NCBI RefSeq assembly: GCF_027921745.1
Contig: NC_079239.1
Span: 3,410,001 to 3,474,000 of the forward strand
DNA length: 64,000 bases
Reading direction: 5' to 3'
DNA from: Schizosaccharomyces osmophilus
Taxonomy: Eukaryota
A program made the translations under genes and the position numbers. The notes beneath the pieces are model-generated. The model saw nothing but the letters and a program-made list of their open reading frames with translations, did not search any database and was not told the DNA's origin. Positions 25,711 to 38,735 of this stretch are shown here, in pieces (position 1 is the stretch's first letter; each line of letters starts with the position of its first letter).

Positions 25711-25996
25711 AGCTCAAATATCGAGAAAAAATAGGCTTGCCTCTGTTTTTAATTCCCTATTTAATGTTAGGGTATCCTTTATGCGAATGGAAACTTTGAG
25801 ATGAATCTATATTTACTATGGAATACGCCTTTGCTACAGAAAACAATTATACAAAGTTAGAGGATTATGCGTATAGTTCGAAATGGTTATTTCCATAGAA
25901 TCATAGGTAAACACATTGATTTAATTTAAAGTCCAAACTATTTTTTAATACTAGCATGAATATAACGACTAACGATCAGTAGAATGCCATGAGGAA

Positions 25997-26740
25997 TTAA
26001 AGTGGATAATCGTAAGAAGATTCCCTGCGGCCAAGGAAGGCAAGGATGGCGGTTGTTATAGGTACATCACCCTCTGTCATATCAATGACAAGGTGTTGGG
26101 ATTCTGCATTGGAAGCAAAGCCCAGGATAGCTCGAGCAACCGTTTCTCTTGAGATGGACTGCTTAATGGATACATTACCGAGAGCAATCATTCCAGAGCT
26201 TGGATCGTCTGTGAGGATGGAAGGACGCAAAATTGTCCAGTCAATATCTTCGGTGCGTCTTATCAATTCTTGATCGGCAAGGAACTTGTAGTGGTAGTAA
26301 GTCGGGAGAGCCTTGTGGAGGTCTTCACTCATTTTCCTGTCGGCGGTTGTATAGTGAATGGGAGGAGGTTGATTCATATCACGATTGTCAATTGCAGACA
26401 CCATTATAATGCGACGGAGACCCGCTAATTTCATCGCATCATAAACTTTGACAGCGCCTTCATAATCTACAGCTTTCGTCCTTTCAGGGCCTCCCTTCCC
26501 ACCTGCACCAGCAGAAAATACAACTGTGTCGGTTTGGGTTTCCTTGAGCAGCCCAGCAATTTCGTTCGCCGATGCTTCTTCCAAAGAAAGAATTTTAGGT
26601 CGGCCATCCCTTTCTTCAACATCTTCTTTGTGGGAAGCATTACGGATCACATTGTAAACCACATGTTTGGATTCTCTGGCAAGTTTTGTAAAATGTAGGG
26701 CCACCTTTCCGTGACCTCCAAACACTGTAAATACTGTCAT
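25997..26740 (-). CDS. NAD(P)H-binding atypical SDR (UPF0659/YMR090W-like)
   Basis: GGHGKVA Rossmann motif, FSAGAGG..G.ERT.AVD, WTILRP and ISRE.VA. Confidence 0.9.
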   Translation of the reverse strand: MTVFTVFGGHGKVALHFTKLARESKHVVYNVIRNASHKEDVEERDGRPKILSLEEASANEIAGLLKETQTDTVVFSAGAGGKGGPERTKAVDYEGAVKVYDAMKLAGLRRIIMVSAIDNRDMNQPPPIHYTTADRKMSEDLHKALPTYYHYKFLADQELIRRTEDIDWTILRPSILTDDPSSGMIALGNVSIKQSISRETVARAILGFASNAESQHLVIDMTEGDVPITTAILAFLGRRESSYDYPL

Positions 26741-27608
26741 ATCAAAGGATTATATTTCACTTTCTCTATACTAAAGGATATGGAATCAAAAAGGATAAAG
26801 AATCAATGTGGTTGAATCTTAAGTGTAATTGTATTCACCAAGGAATATATAAGACGGACGGGCGAGAGAACAATCTAAGAGTTTTGCTTACTCATCTACG
26901 TAAGTAAGCTGACCTTGACGCATTCCTTTGTCTTCTTACCGTTCCAGGGCTACGCAATATCATATAACAAAAGCGATAATGAACCCTTTTTCAGAAGGAG
27001 TTCATAGGTATTCTATGCGATTCAAACTGTTTATGTGTATATTAATTGCAATAGAAAACTTGATGAAACTCAATGGGAGCAAGAAATGATCAGAAACAGA
27101 GAAAGCGCTGAGCGCATGCTACTAGAACTGGATCGAAACCCTACGAAGGTTGTACGTATAAATTACCCGAAATGCTTCCCATTACAAGCTATAGAACGTT
27201 TGTAATGGACCTTATCTTACCTTTTCTTTGTATATTGTTTTTCTTGAGCCGACGTAATATATCTATTTTTTTTCGTATCGGTACATTTTAAGCTTAATAT
27301 AAACGACTCGCTTCTTTTAAGTGATATCACTTTTATGTTGTAGATCTACGGATTTGCAATAGATCTACTTGATCTTCTCATAGGAAAGATGCTGTTTCAA
27401 CAGCACACCATATGTTGAAAGAAATAGCTAATAGCATGGTTATTGCCCATCATATTTCGAATCGTTGATGGAAGTTAGATTTTATCAAGAGGTTTGTTCA
27501 GAATGGTTTTAAATGCGGAGTTCGAGTCTTATCTGTCGGTTTCACTTGGAATATATAGCTTGCTCACTTCTTCCCAAAAACAATGAAGAAAAGGGACTTT
27601 AAAAAAAA

Positions 27609-29240
27609 ATGGGACTCGAAAGTGAGAATATTTATGAAACTGGAGAAAAAAATCAACGTTCCTCGTCGTTTGATGGTAGTGAAACAAATTCTTCTTCACC
27701 ATCAGAAATATCTCAGTCGAGAAAAGAAAAAGGCAATGTCAGCGTCGTAAAGGGGTTTTCTACTTTTGAAGAACAAGAACGTGCAATTGATTCTCATGTT
27801 GCAGGCATCGATGAAGCTTTGGCTGTTATACAGGATGATGAGGAATTTGAATACAGTGAAGCTGAAGATGCAAGGGTAAGATGGAAGATTGACTTCTTCG
27901 TACTCCCAGTCATGTGTATTACATATGGCGTTCAATATCTCGACAAGACGGCTGTCTCGTATGCAGCAGTATATGGAATGAAAGAAGCGGCCCATCTGAG
28001 TGGAGGCGCTTATAGCTGGCTCTCTACTATATTTTATCTTGGTTATATGATCGCTCAATATCCAGCTGGCTATCTTTTGCAAAGATACCCTATTCATTAC
28101 TTTTTGTTTACTGCTTCGTTTCTGTGGTCCGCGTGCGTTTTGTTGATGGCGGCTTGCACGAACCGACAAGGATTGCTTGCGTTGCGTTTTCTTTCGGGAC
28201 TCTTTGAAGGTTGCGTGAATCCGGCATTTGTGGCCCTGACCTCCATGTGGTATAAGCGGGAGGAACAACCAATGCGAACTGTAGCCTGGTATGCATTTAA
28301 TGGTGTCTCCACAATGGTGGGTGCGCTTTTGGGATACGGAACTGGTCACATTAAGGGGAGCTTACCGAATTGGAAATATCCATTTCTAGTCATAGGAGCA
28401 ATTTCAAACATATGGTCTTTTGTCTATATAATTTTTCCAAAGAACCCAGTACATGCAAAATTTTTGAATACTAGAGAAAAGCGAGTCGCGATAGAACGAG
28501 TACGGAAAAATCGCACAGGAATGGAAACAAAAAAATTCAAGCTTTCACAAGCTTTGGAAGCATTTAAGGACCCTCAAGTAATTTTGTTAGTTCTTTACAA
28601 TGGAATGTGTCAAGTCACAAACGCGATGTCTGTCTTTAGTGGTTTAATCATTCAGGGAATGGGATATTCTGGAATCAATGCTGTACTATTGACACTGCCT
28701 TCTGGTGCAGTCACCGTTGGTAGCATGATATTTGCAGGAGTATTTGCTCATGTGTTTAAAAAAGGAAGAATCTTTCTATGTATGTTCGTTAGCAGTTTCA
28801 CTATAGTAGGAGCCCTTATGATTTGGAAGATACCTGATTCGAATCCATGGGCCCGGGTGGTGGGTGTTTGGCTTTTCTCTCCTATCGCCTCAGGAAATGC
28901 ATTGGCTCTTTCGCTGTTGAGTTCCAATATAGCTGGATATTCAAAGAAAGTAACAGCGAATGCAACTATGTTTTTATTTTACTCCGTTGGCAACATTGTC
29001 TCACCACAGCTATTCAAGCCGAATCAAGTTCCTGAATATATCGAAGGACTTCAAGCATCACTTGTAGCAACCTGTTTATTTGAAGGTGTTTTAGTTCTTC
29101 TTGCGGTTTACTATATGTATGAAAACTACCGCAGGGATAAATTACTGGAAGGTCATCCAGAACTAAATTTTACCGAAAAAAACGAAGAGTTCCTCGACAA
29201 AACAGATCGAGAACAGATCAAGTTTCGGTATATTTGGTAA
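27609..29240 (+). CDS. MFS anion:cation symporter, allantoate permease (Dal5) family
   Basis: WKID..LP, QYLDKTAVSYA, WYKREEQP.R, N.AGYSKK and FLDKTD.E...FRY motifs. Confidence 0.92.
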   Translation: MGLESENIYETGEKNQRSSSFDGSETNSSSPSEISQSRKEKGNVSVVKGFSTFEEQERAIDSHVAGIDEALAVIQDDEEFEYSEAEDARVRWKIDFFVLPVMCITYGVQYLDKTAVSYAAVYGMKEAAHLSGGAYSWLSTIFYLGYMIAQYPAGYLLQRYPIHYFLFTASFLWSACVLLMAACTNRQGLLALRFLSGLFEGCVNPAFVALTSMWYKREEQPMRTVAWYAFNGVSTMVGALLGYGTGHIKGSLPNWKYPFLVIGAISNIWSFVYIIFPKNPVHAKFLNTREKRVAIERVRKNRTGMETKKFKLSQALEAFKDPQVILLVLYNGMCQVTNAMSVFSGLIIQGMGYSGINAVLLTLPSGAVTVGSMIFAGVFAHVFKKGRIFLCMFVSSFTIVGALMIWKIPDSNPWARVVGVWLFSPIASGNALALSLLSSNIAGYSKKVTANATMFLFYSVGNIVSPQLFKPNQVPEYIEGLQASLVATCLFEGVLVLLAVYYMYENYRRDKLLEGHPELNFTEKNEEFLDKTDREQIKFRYIW

Positions 29241-29686
29241 TCACTAGTCTTTCTTTTTCTTGTTTTCTTTGGATGAATGTTGTTTTAAATATGAGCTCAA
29301 ATATAAGGACTTAATGGCTAAATGAAGAAATGTAATCTTCTACTAGAAGCAAAAACAATCATAAATAATGACTGATTCTTTACATCCTATGCGACGCAGC
29401 AACTGATTCACCGGGTATGGTTTCAGACTACCAATGCGTAAAATATTTGTGCTATATTTTCTCACAGACGTAGACTTATATGTTTGTGAATATGTTTTCA
29501 ATGAAATTATCAGTTGAAACAAAATATATATTCAAATGATCTACAGTTAGTCGATATTTTGTTTGCATTTTCAAGCCGACTGGTCCATCCCTTTACCACA
29601 TAAGCATCCAATAAATCAAATAGGATGAGATCCTTTATCAATTTACCTAACATCGGACAATAAATGAAATTTTTGTACTGTACGTC

Positions 29687-30170
29687 AACGAATTCAATAT
29701 TCCTCCTCCGTCGCAACATTCATCTGCTGCCATCCTACGTTTCGCTGAAGACTTTGGCATAGCACTAAAGAAAAGAATATTAGAAAAAGAGGTTCCTGAA
29801 GCCATTTATTTGCCGCAACGTCCAGCAATCCAAAATGTATATGAGCAATAAAGACAAACCGAGTCAGCCAGCAATAGTGAAGTACCTCCTCGTTGATTTC
29901 AGGTAGGTGTAGAGCGTTAAGAACTAACTTAAGAGAGGAGTGTAGGCCGTGTTAAGCTGAAACTTAATTGTATCGACATGAAATCAACCAAAACCGAATA
30001 TATCCAGTGAAGCACGACGTGATTTGGAGCTTCTGTCATTCCTTTTGTAAATGGGAATGATCCAGGTAAAAACTACCACCTACCACTTCTGAAGAAAATA
30101 TCGAATATTTGACTAGAGAACAATGTGTGAAATGTCTCATTGAATAGGGAGTGCAATGACCCATGCAAAA
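29687..30170 (+). pseudogene. degenerate mug2/mug135/meu2-family (DUF1773) gene
   Basis: Fragment NEFNIPPPSQHSSAAILRFAEDF resembles the N-terminus of the 30595 gene. Fragment VIPFVNGNDPG..LPP...ENIEYLTREQCVKCL resembles the DUF1773 C-terminus. Several stops and frameshifts. Confidence 0.6.
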
Positions 30171-30269
30171 GAATGGAATTTGTTTTTTTTTACATTAGCG
30201 ATTAAATTATTTTTGATTTTTTCTCTTGCAGGTAATATATAATTTCAACGTTCCAGAAATTGATTGATT

Positions 30270-30280
30270 TGTTTGTTTAC
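30270..30280 (-). promoter_or_regulatory. FLEX element (Mei4 forkhead site)
   Basis: GTAAACAAACA on the minus strand, plus GTAAACA at 30440-30446, upstream of the DUF1773 gene. Confidence 0.6.
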
Positions 30281-30594
30281 CATGATACAATATTATCAGA
30301 GAACAGTTACGATTATATTATTAGCAATTGAGTAATACCGGCACAGACCATACTTTCATTGCGTTAGGAGTCGTTAAACTCGTAACGCGGTTGACAGCAT
30401 CCTTATTCCACCCTCTTCGACCAGCTTGACCGTACGCACGTAAACAACTTGATCGGTGCACTCTACCTGATCAACAAACAAGAAAGCCAATCTTCTTATA
30501 ATGAGTCTAATAAAAGTCGCTGCAAATCAATAATAATATTTTTTCCTTCAATTAGTCTTCAATTCTTTTTTCGCTGCTTTGACCCTTTTGAAAA

Positions 30595-31298
30595 ATGAAC
30601 CAAGATTTATTTGATAATCCATTTGGAATTGCTCCACCCTCTGATGATTCTTATACAGCGCTCTCAAAGTTTACAAATGAATTCGCAGAGGCGATTCCCC
30701 AAGATCGATTTGATTCATTCAGAAGTAAACTGGCGAGCCTTCATAAAGCAGTTACTTCTAAACTAGAAGGAGGAGAGACATTTTCACAAGATAATATGTC
30801 TGAAATTCGAAAAATGTTTCAATTGTCTGATGAAAAGTCAAATGAAAGGATTAATAGTCTCAGAGAAGACATGATCCAAGAGTCAGATACAAAGTTTGGC
30901 ATCCTAGAAGGGCAGCTTGTGGTGTTAGAAAACAGTTTTCGAGTCAATACGGGTAATATTACCTGAAGTATTCGCCAAAATGAATTTAAGCTTAATAAGA
31001 CAACAACTTTAGCACAGAGATCTGAAAACATTATACACAGAGTTATGGCTAATGATACGAAGCCAATTCCGTTTGTCAATGGGCAAGAACGTCCTGCTAG
31101 GCTGCCTCAATTTAAAGCTATTTCTGACATTGATAGTTTGAATCCAGCCATTTGAGAACATACCTAGAGGGATACGGTGGTAACTATGATGAGACTGAGC
31201 CGCGAGTGTTTCTTAAAAGAAAGCTTTCTGATTACGTTGGTTTTATTACACCCCAAGAATCCCGTTACGAGTTTTCAGATAACAATGAACCCCTTTAG
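30595..31298 (+). pseudogene. mug2/mug135/meu2-family (DUF1773) gene with premature stop and frameshift
   Basis: Coiled-coil N-terminus, then an in-frame TGA at 30964-30966, then PIPFVNGQERPARLPQFKAISDIDSL. A frameshift near 31150 leads into RTYLEGYG...FLKRKLSDYVGF...EPL*. Confidence 0.75.
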
Positions 31299-31498
31299 GA
31301 TATACAAGATCGAATTAGTGCACCGAATCGACGGGAAAGTCTCAGGTCGCACCACGGTTAAGTCTACCTCAGACTTTTGAAATTCTGCATATTATAAGTT
31401 ATTACTGCAAGCAATGTATAATATTTAACATCTTTCCGATATTCAAACTATACATAAATAGCGCCTGGCTATCGCAAGGCCAGTAGTCGTTAGAACGG

Positions 31499-31575
31499 TG
31501 CAGTTGAACGTCTGAAGGCCTCGTCCTTACTATGTATGATTGAAGACAACATCGGTACTCAGGGTTCTGTAGGCT
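31499..31575 (+). pseudogene. 5S rDNA relic (3' two-thirds, degenerate)
   Basis: TGCAGTTGAACGTCTGAAGGCCTCGT..TACTATG..TTGAAGACAACATCGG..GGTTCTGTAGGCT aligns to the 3' part of Schizosaccharomyces 5S rRNA and is followed by T-rich sequence. Confidence 0.8.
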
Positions 31576-32276
31576 TCTTTCCTCTATTTTTTTTTCAGAT
31601 TTATTTATATTTTATTTTTTCAACCATACCCACTGGGCAAGTTTTAAGATGAGAAGCAATTCCTACGTAGCAATTTTTTACATACCAAATACCAATCAAG
31701 ATCCCTTTAAAGTTATTGTGTTTTTTGAAAACAAGTAAACAACTGTGATTAGGAAAAGAGCCTAAAAAATGGAAACTATAATGCAGTCGTTGCTTTTAAA
31801 AAGTACGATAAAGGACTGAGCAGATGCAAAGTGCAATTTTTTTTTTAAAAAAAAAACCGATAGTCGCCTAAGAAATTGAGAAAGAGATTACAAAAGGACT
31901 AACATCATTTAATTGATAGTCAACGCTTTGAATTTCTTGTAAAGAATCAACCACACAGCGAAAACGTTTTGACGGTACTGTCGTCAAATCTACAATGACG
32001 AGTTATGCATCATTCCAGCTAAAAACCGCTCACTAAAAGTCAAAATCATGGCGGCTTTTAACAAAGCCGATGAATCTAGCGACATAAATAATTGTAAGAA
32101 CACATATAAATACTTTAGGCAAAAAACGAACAGAAAAAATTTCAATACCATGCAAACAAACAAAAAAGAGTTTTAAGAATAAACACAGATTTTTTCTTTT
32201 GCCAATAGCCTATATTGAAAGGAGGATCAAGAGGTAAACGACACAAAGTACAATATCAAAAAGCCAAAAAAAAATC

Positions 32277-33085
32277 AAATACTTCCCGTCCCGAATTCCA
32301 TGAGTTTTCAACTTCCCTAGATTGATTGACTCGGTTTCTGTTCTCTTACATATTGTTCAGAACATTTAGAATGGTTCCTCACGTCCTTGATCACCACAAT
32401 TATTGGGCTGATTTGGGACTCTGTTGACATTGTAATTAATGGGATAGAATTGTCGCCCATCAAGTCGTCGTTTCTTTCCAACGGCATTTGGAAACCAAGA
32501 ATGGAAATGATTATGAAAATAACACAACGATAAACTTTATCAATACTATATATTAACCATTAGTAAGAGACTTATACAAAGATCGATCAATAAACTTACG
32601 TGAAACAATAAACAGACAAATTCAGAAGTTCATGACGATAAAAGCAGCAGCTATACCGAATTGAACCCAAAATCCTGCTTATTCTGCCAACAATCTTTTT
32701 TAAAAAGAAACAAGGAGAGTTTGAAAATGCAGTCCAGCACAAGAGAAAAATATGGTAAATAAGCGGGCTAGTTTCATTGTCCACTCTTCAGCTGTTTACT
32801 CAGCGGTCTGCGGGATCCTAGCAATCTTTGCTGGACAGAATCAACCATAATGTCGACTTGAAGGATTCTTTGGAACCGTTATAACGGAAGCCTTTACAAA
32901 CCTTGCTCGATATCTCTTTTCAAAATATGGAGTTACAATACCTTTCACCAAAGCGTTCAGATGAGATTGGGTAATTTCATTATACCTTGGTAATCCGCTG
33001 TCAGAACTCGTAGGAGAAGCCCGGAAAGGAAAATCAGCTAATTTGGCAGCATCCAATTCGTCCAATATGAGTTGAAAGAATGATA
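32277..33085 (-). pseudogene. decayed paralog of the wag-like gene at 58852
   Basis: LPRYNEI..SHL..L.KG...PY.E.R and LGF.M...RNDDLM.DNS.PL are shared with the 58852 gene, as is the intron position (32599-32546) and the upstream DNA (~33260-33345 vs ~58610-58750). No start ATG; stops and frameshifts. Confidence 0.75.
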
Positions 33086-33887
33086 ATTTTAAATATCTTT
33101 GAAACGGTCTAAACAAATTGTGAAAACTATCCAGGTAGGTGGATAGTAAAAGAACCAAAACGCACAAAGGTTCCCAAAAAAAGGTGCCTGAATCATTTCG
33201 CATTATAAATCAAATAAAATACAACTTACAAGCTCCAAAAAAGGAGAATGAAACAGCAATGACAATGACTAGAGTTTTGTTCAAGTAAATCTATCATCCA
33301 CCCATTAGGCTGCCTTTCGCTATACCATTCAACGCTTACGCTTCCCTGTGCTTAAGCTCATCCAAGTAGGTAAAATGCCATATGTTGGAGGGTCCTTCAA
33401 AAAGCAGTACTGGGTTACTTAAGGCTTCATAAATAGCAACGATCCATTGTCATTTCAGCATCATTCAAAGTAGTTGCATTTTGGAGCTCACTGTTGCATT
33501 CATACAGCTATTCAGAAAACAAATCATTGTAGGGTCTCCAACGGAATATAAGCACTCAGCAACATGTATGACCCAATTTATCTTGGCTTGTCAAGTCAAA
33601 TGAGGATCATAAATAACACAGAAAAAAGCAGACAATATTTATTAGACATGAAGAAATAAACTACAAAGAAAAAAGCCCATCCTTGGAAAAAAACGCTTCA
33701 AGTGATATATGTTAATTACCAAATGTCAACTCTTGATGAACTGCAACGCGGTACCTTAAATAATAGGATAGGCTTGAAATTTGTTTTCGCTATTTATTCT
33801 TTGATCTGTTTGCCTATACCAACTTTAAATACCAAAGGCTCCACCTTTTACCAGCAAATATTTGATCTGATAAGATCTTTGAAGAAG

Positions 33888-34428
33888 ATGTCGTCTTTCT
33901 TGAAATCGCTATTTTCAAAGCAAGAAGCTACCAAAGAAGAGCCTGCACGAGCGGGTGGAGAAAAGCAAACGAAAAGGAAAAGCAAGAAAAAACAAAAAAA
34001 TGAACCAGGATGCACCCAAGAAAAATGGGACGCATTAGTAAGGAGCGGAGAAAATTTGTCTGTAAGTAAAACAGTTTTATATGGATTGCATTAAGGAATG
34101 AGAAATTAACCAAGGATAAAGGGAGTAGATCAGCCTTTTGAAGTCACGATGAAGGAATTGGAAAAGCACAATACGAAAGACGACTGTTGGATTGCCGTTC
34201 GAGGAAAAGTCTATAACGTTACCGCTTATGCTCCCTATCACCCAGACGGTGCAAAAAAAATTTTTAAACACTCTGGCATTGATGCCACGAAACAATATAG
34301 TAAGTCAAACTTGTGTGGTCGATTGTAACGTACTTACACTTTCTATAGTGAAGGCTCATGCTGATGTGAATGAAGAGGAAATGCTAAGAACCTGCTTCGT
34401 TGGCCCATTAGTCAATTCATCGACTTAA
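33888..34428 (+). CDS. cytochrome b5-like heme-binding protein (Irc21-like)
   Basis: Exons 33888-34061, 34122-34299 and 34349-34428. ELEKHNTKDDCWIAVRGKVYNVT..YHPDG..DAT...H cyt-b5 motif. Canonical GTAAGT donors. Confidence 0.88.
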
Positions 34429-36900
34429 TAGCATCCTAAAGATTACCTGAAGGTAATATCATGTTGATGCGATATGTATATTTTTGGGAAGTAATTCTGA
34501 AAATGAACATATCAGATCAATTGTCAATTGAGTATTCGGGAAGAGTTGTACAGTTGTGAATATACCCATAAAATCTTCAAAAGACAATAAGATGTGCAAA
34601 ATTCTCTAATATTTGTAACATTATTCATACAGTTTATTTTTTTTATATTACTCTCAAAAGAAGGTTCGCTTACTTTTTTTTTTGAATCGAAAGCAAATTC
34701 AAAATGTTCTTGTCACTGTGTTTACTTGGCTTTATACTCCTATAAACCGTAGGTAAATATATTATCTGTTAAACTGATTCAATCTTAGTTCCAAGTAAGA
34801 CAAGTAGTTCCAAAAACACGAAACGAGTTCTGTTGCTCTATGACACCTTTTTACATACTTACGATCTATTTAAAATTGCTCCTTTAAATTGAAACTTCTG
34901 TCTATTCATCAGTGACCGATAGAAGATATCCTAAATACAAAAATAAAGTGAGTCTGGATTGTAAATGATGATAATAAAACAAAAATTTAAAACAAGGTAC
35001 TCAGCAAAGAAGACAACCTCACTAATCGTACTTGTGATACTTCGTATTGACTTATAAGCTCTGCCATATATACTATTGCAATGCATAATAACCATTGATA
35101 AAATTGCATGAATTGTTAATCTGGGTTCCATAGGCAAAATAAAAGGGTGTTTCTTCTATCAGGTTATAAATTCATACTAACTCTCAATTGCAAGTCAATA
35201 AATTTGTTCGTGTCAAAATACAAGTTAGTCAACTTAACCAATTAAATCATGTAGTCTGAAATAAGTTATTTAGTGTTGAAATAATCAATAACAATATATT
35301 GTACCATGGTGGACACGAAGACTCCAAAATTCAAAAGATTACTGAAAAAATCATTTGACATAAAGAATAAACAAACAAAACTAAATATCAGAGTGAGACA
35401 TCAAAAAATCTTTAACAAAAGTAACCTTAACGTTGGAATAATTATCATAATCAGTAGATATATTTCCCAAGCTCCACTGAAGGTATATTGTTAACAGAAT
35501 AGACCAATATATGACCAAAGGTTACTTGGTCCAAATCTTTTGGTTCAGCCAAAACTTCATCTTTCGTATCACTAACCCATTTTCTATTATGCACTACTTT
35601 TCGGATCCTTCCTCACAAAAAGTGATTAAAGCTGTAGCAGCCTCATAAGTAGTCATATTCCAACAATCATCTCCACTCCATAAACCTCAACTTTTTCATC
35701 GCTCCAACACCTCTTTTTTGGGTATAAATCATCACAACCAGGGAAAGAAAAGAAAACCTCCGTCAAAGCTTCAGCCATTGCATAAACCACATTCATTAAT
35801 AAATAGCGTGAAACTTGAGCATAAAAAGAGATCGAAGCGTCATGAGATTCATGGTCGCCAAAAGAAGTCTTCTTGACACCTACGCTTCCCCTTGCTCGCA
35901 CGAAAATCAATTGACCTTCAGGTAGAAGCCAATATGAGCGGAAATAACCAAATCAACTCCTTCTATGCCCTTTTCCAAAATATCATGTCATATAATCACT
36001 TATTTTTGTGATTCTTAACTTTATTAATATATATCTTCAGGTAGTTCTTCTAAATTCCTGCAAATTCCTAATACACTTTTTTATTCCCTTTAAAGGCATG
36101 CTTAACCAGTAACTGGCTTATATTCCCTGTAATTTCAATAACAGCAATATCCATTTTGTATTTATGAACAATTGTTAATGACGAGCTTTACGCTTCACGG
36201 TCAAAAAAATCAATTTGCAGACTTGCAAATATTAGTCGCTGCGAGAGCTTTCCTTCTGTACGCTATTTCAAAACTTCCCAAAAGCACTCTCCTTCTCTTT
36301 GCAGCATAACCTTTGCTTGAAAGAAGTTAGATTATTATTGAAAAATGTATTGATTTTATATAGAGAGTTCTGAATCTTCATCCTTCTTTTGCAAGCTGTT
36401 CGTTGGGTTCAGCATGGTAAATCATCGACAAACGTCAAGTAAATTAAAGCCGTGAATAACCAGTTGCTTGTTAATCTGCGGTCATTTACTATGAGCGATA
36501 TTCTTTTCTTCACCACTTTCGAAAGAACGAATCTGTACAAATTTTGCAAGGAACTCAGGATGAAAGAGTAAATAAGCATTAGGGATGGTAAATAATCACC
36601 AACTTAATTTCAACGAGATGAATCCTCCACCTCTGCCAAGACTTCACTTTAATTTTGGCCAACCTCTTTTACTTGAAGAATAGTATGCTCGAATTATCAA
36701 ATCCTCAATTATTCAATTAAAGTGCAACCCCAAAGTTTTCAAAGTTAGGATTGGATCTTCAATTTCAGACCTTGGATCCTGATTATCCTTATGCTTTCGA
36801 CGAAGTCGAAATAATTAGCTTTCAATTCCAGCTTCAATGTGAACAGATAAATGCAGACGAATGGCACCCAAAGTATAACTCTGTTTAAAGCTTCCAAAGA

Positions 36901-38033
36901 TTGGGTGGAGGAATTGCTCTCACTTACTTTCCGGCTGAAGAATGGGAATTAGCGCTTGGACATAGCAAGGCGTTGGAGCAATTTTTTTCTCGAGTTGAGT
37001 GGGATAAGCCTATTCTTTACCGATATATCCAACCTGATGAGAGGGATACCTGGACTGGCCCATTCCCTTATGACGGTGGTTCTGTCCGAAGCTTCACCTT
37101 CCCATCTAACTTTACTCATCCAAGCTATTATATTGAATTCGAAGAAAAGTCCCACGGACCTTTTTGCTTTGCGTCAAGACCGCTCTCGAAATATGGATCA
37201 CCGACTGCAGCATTTGCCCAGTTTGATGGAAACTTTGATCCAAACTGGAGTTGGCAAGGCGAGTTGGACGGAGCTATTTCGAAAGATGCTTCTTATTACA
37301 GCCCCTTAATATTTACTTTTGGATTTCTGTTGCTTGCTATTTACTGGATAAATGCCATGGTTTCTCGACGGTCGAAAATTCTTCCCGTACATTATGGACT
37401 GTTACTACTCATTATCAGCTCTATGTTTGGACCTTCATTTTTCTTTTGGTGGACAAAGTCCTGTAATTACAACTATTTAGGATACTTAACTCCTTAGTAT
37501 GTTCAGCCTATTAAGAATTTGCTTGATAGATGTATTGAACACTTGATACTATATCTTGTAGCTTTCGGCTTTGGAGTATGGTGCCCATCTCACGAAAACT
37601 CCATAATGAAAATGGTAGGCTATTATCTACTCTCTTTACTCTCTGGAATCGTCTCGCGATCTCATTTTCGAAAAAGCCTTGGAATTTGGTTGATGAGGTT
37701 TTAAATGACTATAATTATACATTGACTGCTATATATATTTTATATCAAAAACTTATATCTATATATCGCACGGAGTTAAACCAATCCACATCGAAAATAT
37801 GGCAATCTTTGTTTTATTGTTTTGGTTTAATTACAGTGCGTCCTATTTTGTTCAGGTATCTTTTTAACAATACGTATTGGCCTTTTAACAATCCTCCACG
37901 CAGGGAGGACTTTGTAATTTTGATGATCCGTTACGGAACAGAAGTTTTGATTCCCTGTTATATATGGCGCCCATCACAGAATGAACGGATAAGTTACAAT
38001 GAGGAAGAACTTACAGAATCAAAGGAAAAATAA
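36901..38033 (+). pseudogene. PTM1/Lung_7-TM_R-like membrane protein pseudogene
   Basis: ILPVHYGL, LVAFGFGVW and C-terminal YIWRPSQN motifs. In-frame TAG at 37495-37497 and a frameshift near 37700. 5' end unclear. Confidence 0.6.
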
Positions 38034-38735
38034 AAGATCCAAAGTCTAAATTGCGATTATTTCCCGTTAACTAAAGGACGAATCAGAATTTGAATTTTTC
38101 TCGCCGTAGATGCCGTAACTTCCTGGTGCTTTTCATAAGTTTCCGCTTTCAACTTAAAACGTACCTTGATGGCGTCTAGTTTGTAAGCGATAAAAGCTTC
38201 ATTGTCAATAAATGTATGATGACATGAAAACGCCCACGTTTACAGAACTTTTTCTGAGGAAATTACTTTATGCTCGTAGACTCTACCACTTATTCATGAG
38301 TATCCTTATACCTGGGTCATATAAAACTGAGCATATATGACAATTCAGTGATGCTATGACAATGTTTAAAATATCGAAAGATCAAAAGAAAAACACATAA
38401 TGTGAAATAAATTGTGACGGTTGGGAGTATAATTGAGGTTAAAAGCATTATAACAAAGCCAGTCGTTCCGCTAGGTTTTTAGCTTTACCTTTGTTTCCGA
38501 ATCCCTTCACCTGCGTGAAACTCAAAAACTACGATATATGTGATGTAGCAGGTACTAAATGTCTTCAAGAAATTTTCATAGTACAAACCCTTTATGCCTA
38601 TCCATTTATGACTTGTTCATATCCAATGGTATTTCAAAACGGAGTAAGATCCCCTAAAATTCAAGCGTGATTGCAAATTAATAGTATCCTTAACAACTCC
38701 ATCAAAGCCATAAAATATCTATCATTCCCTCGTAA

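Noticed and set aside
34900..36000. Short minus-strand hydrophobic ORFs, possibly a pseudogene
   Set aside because: No family motif or consistent exon structure could be identified by eye.
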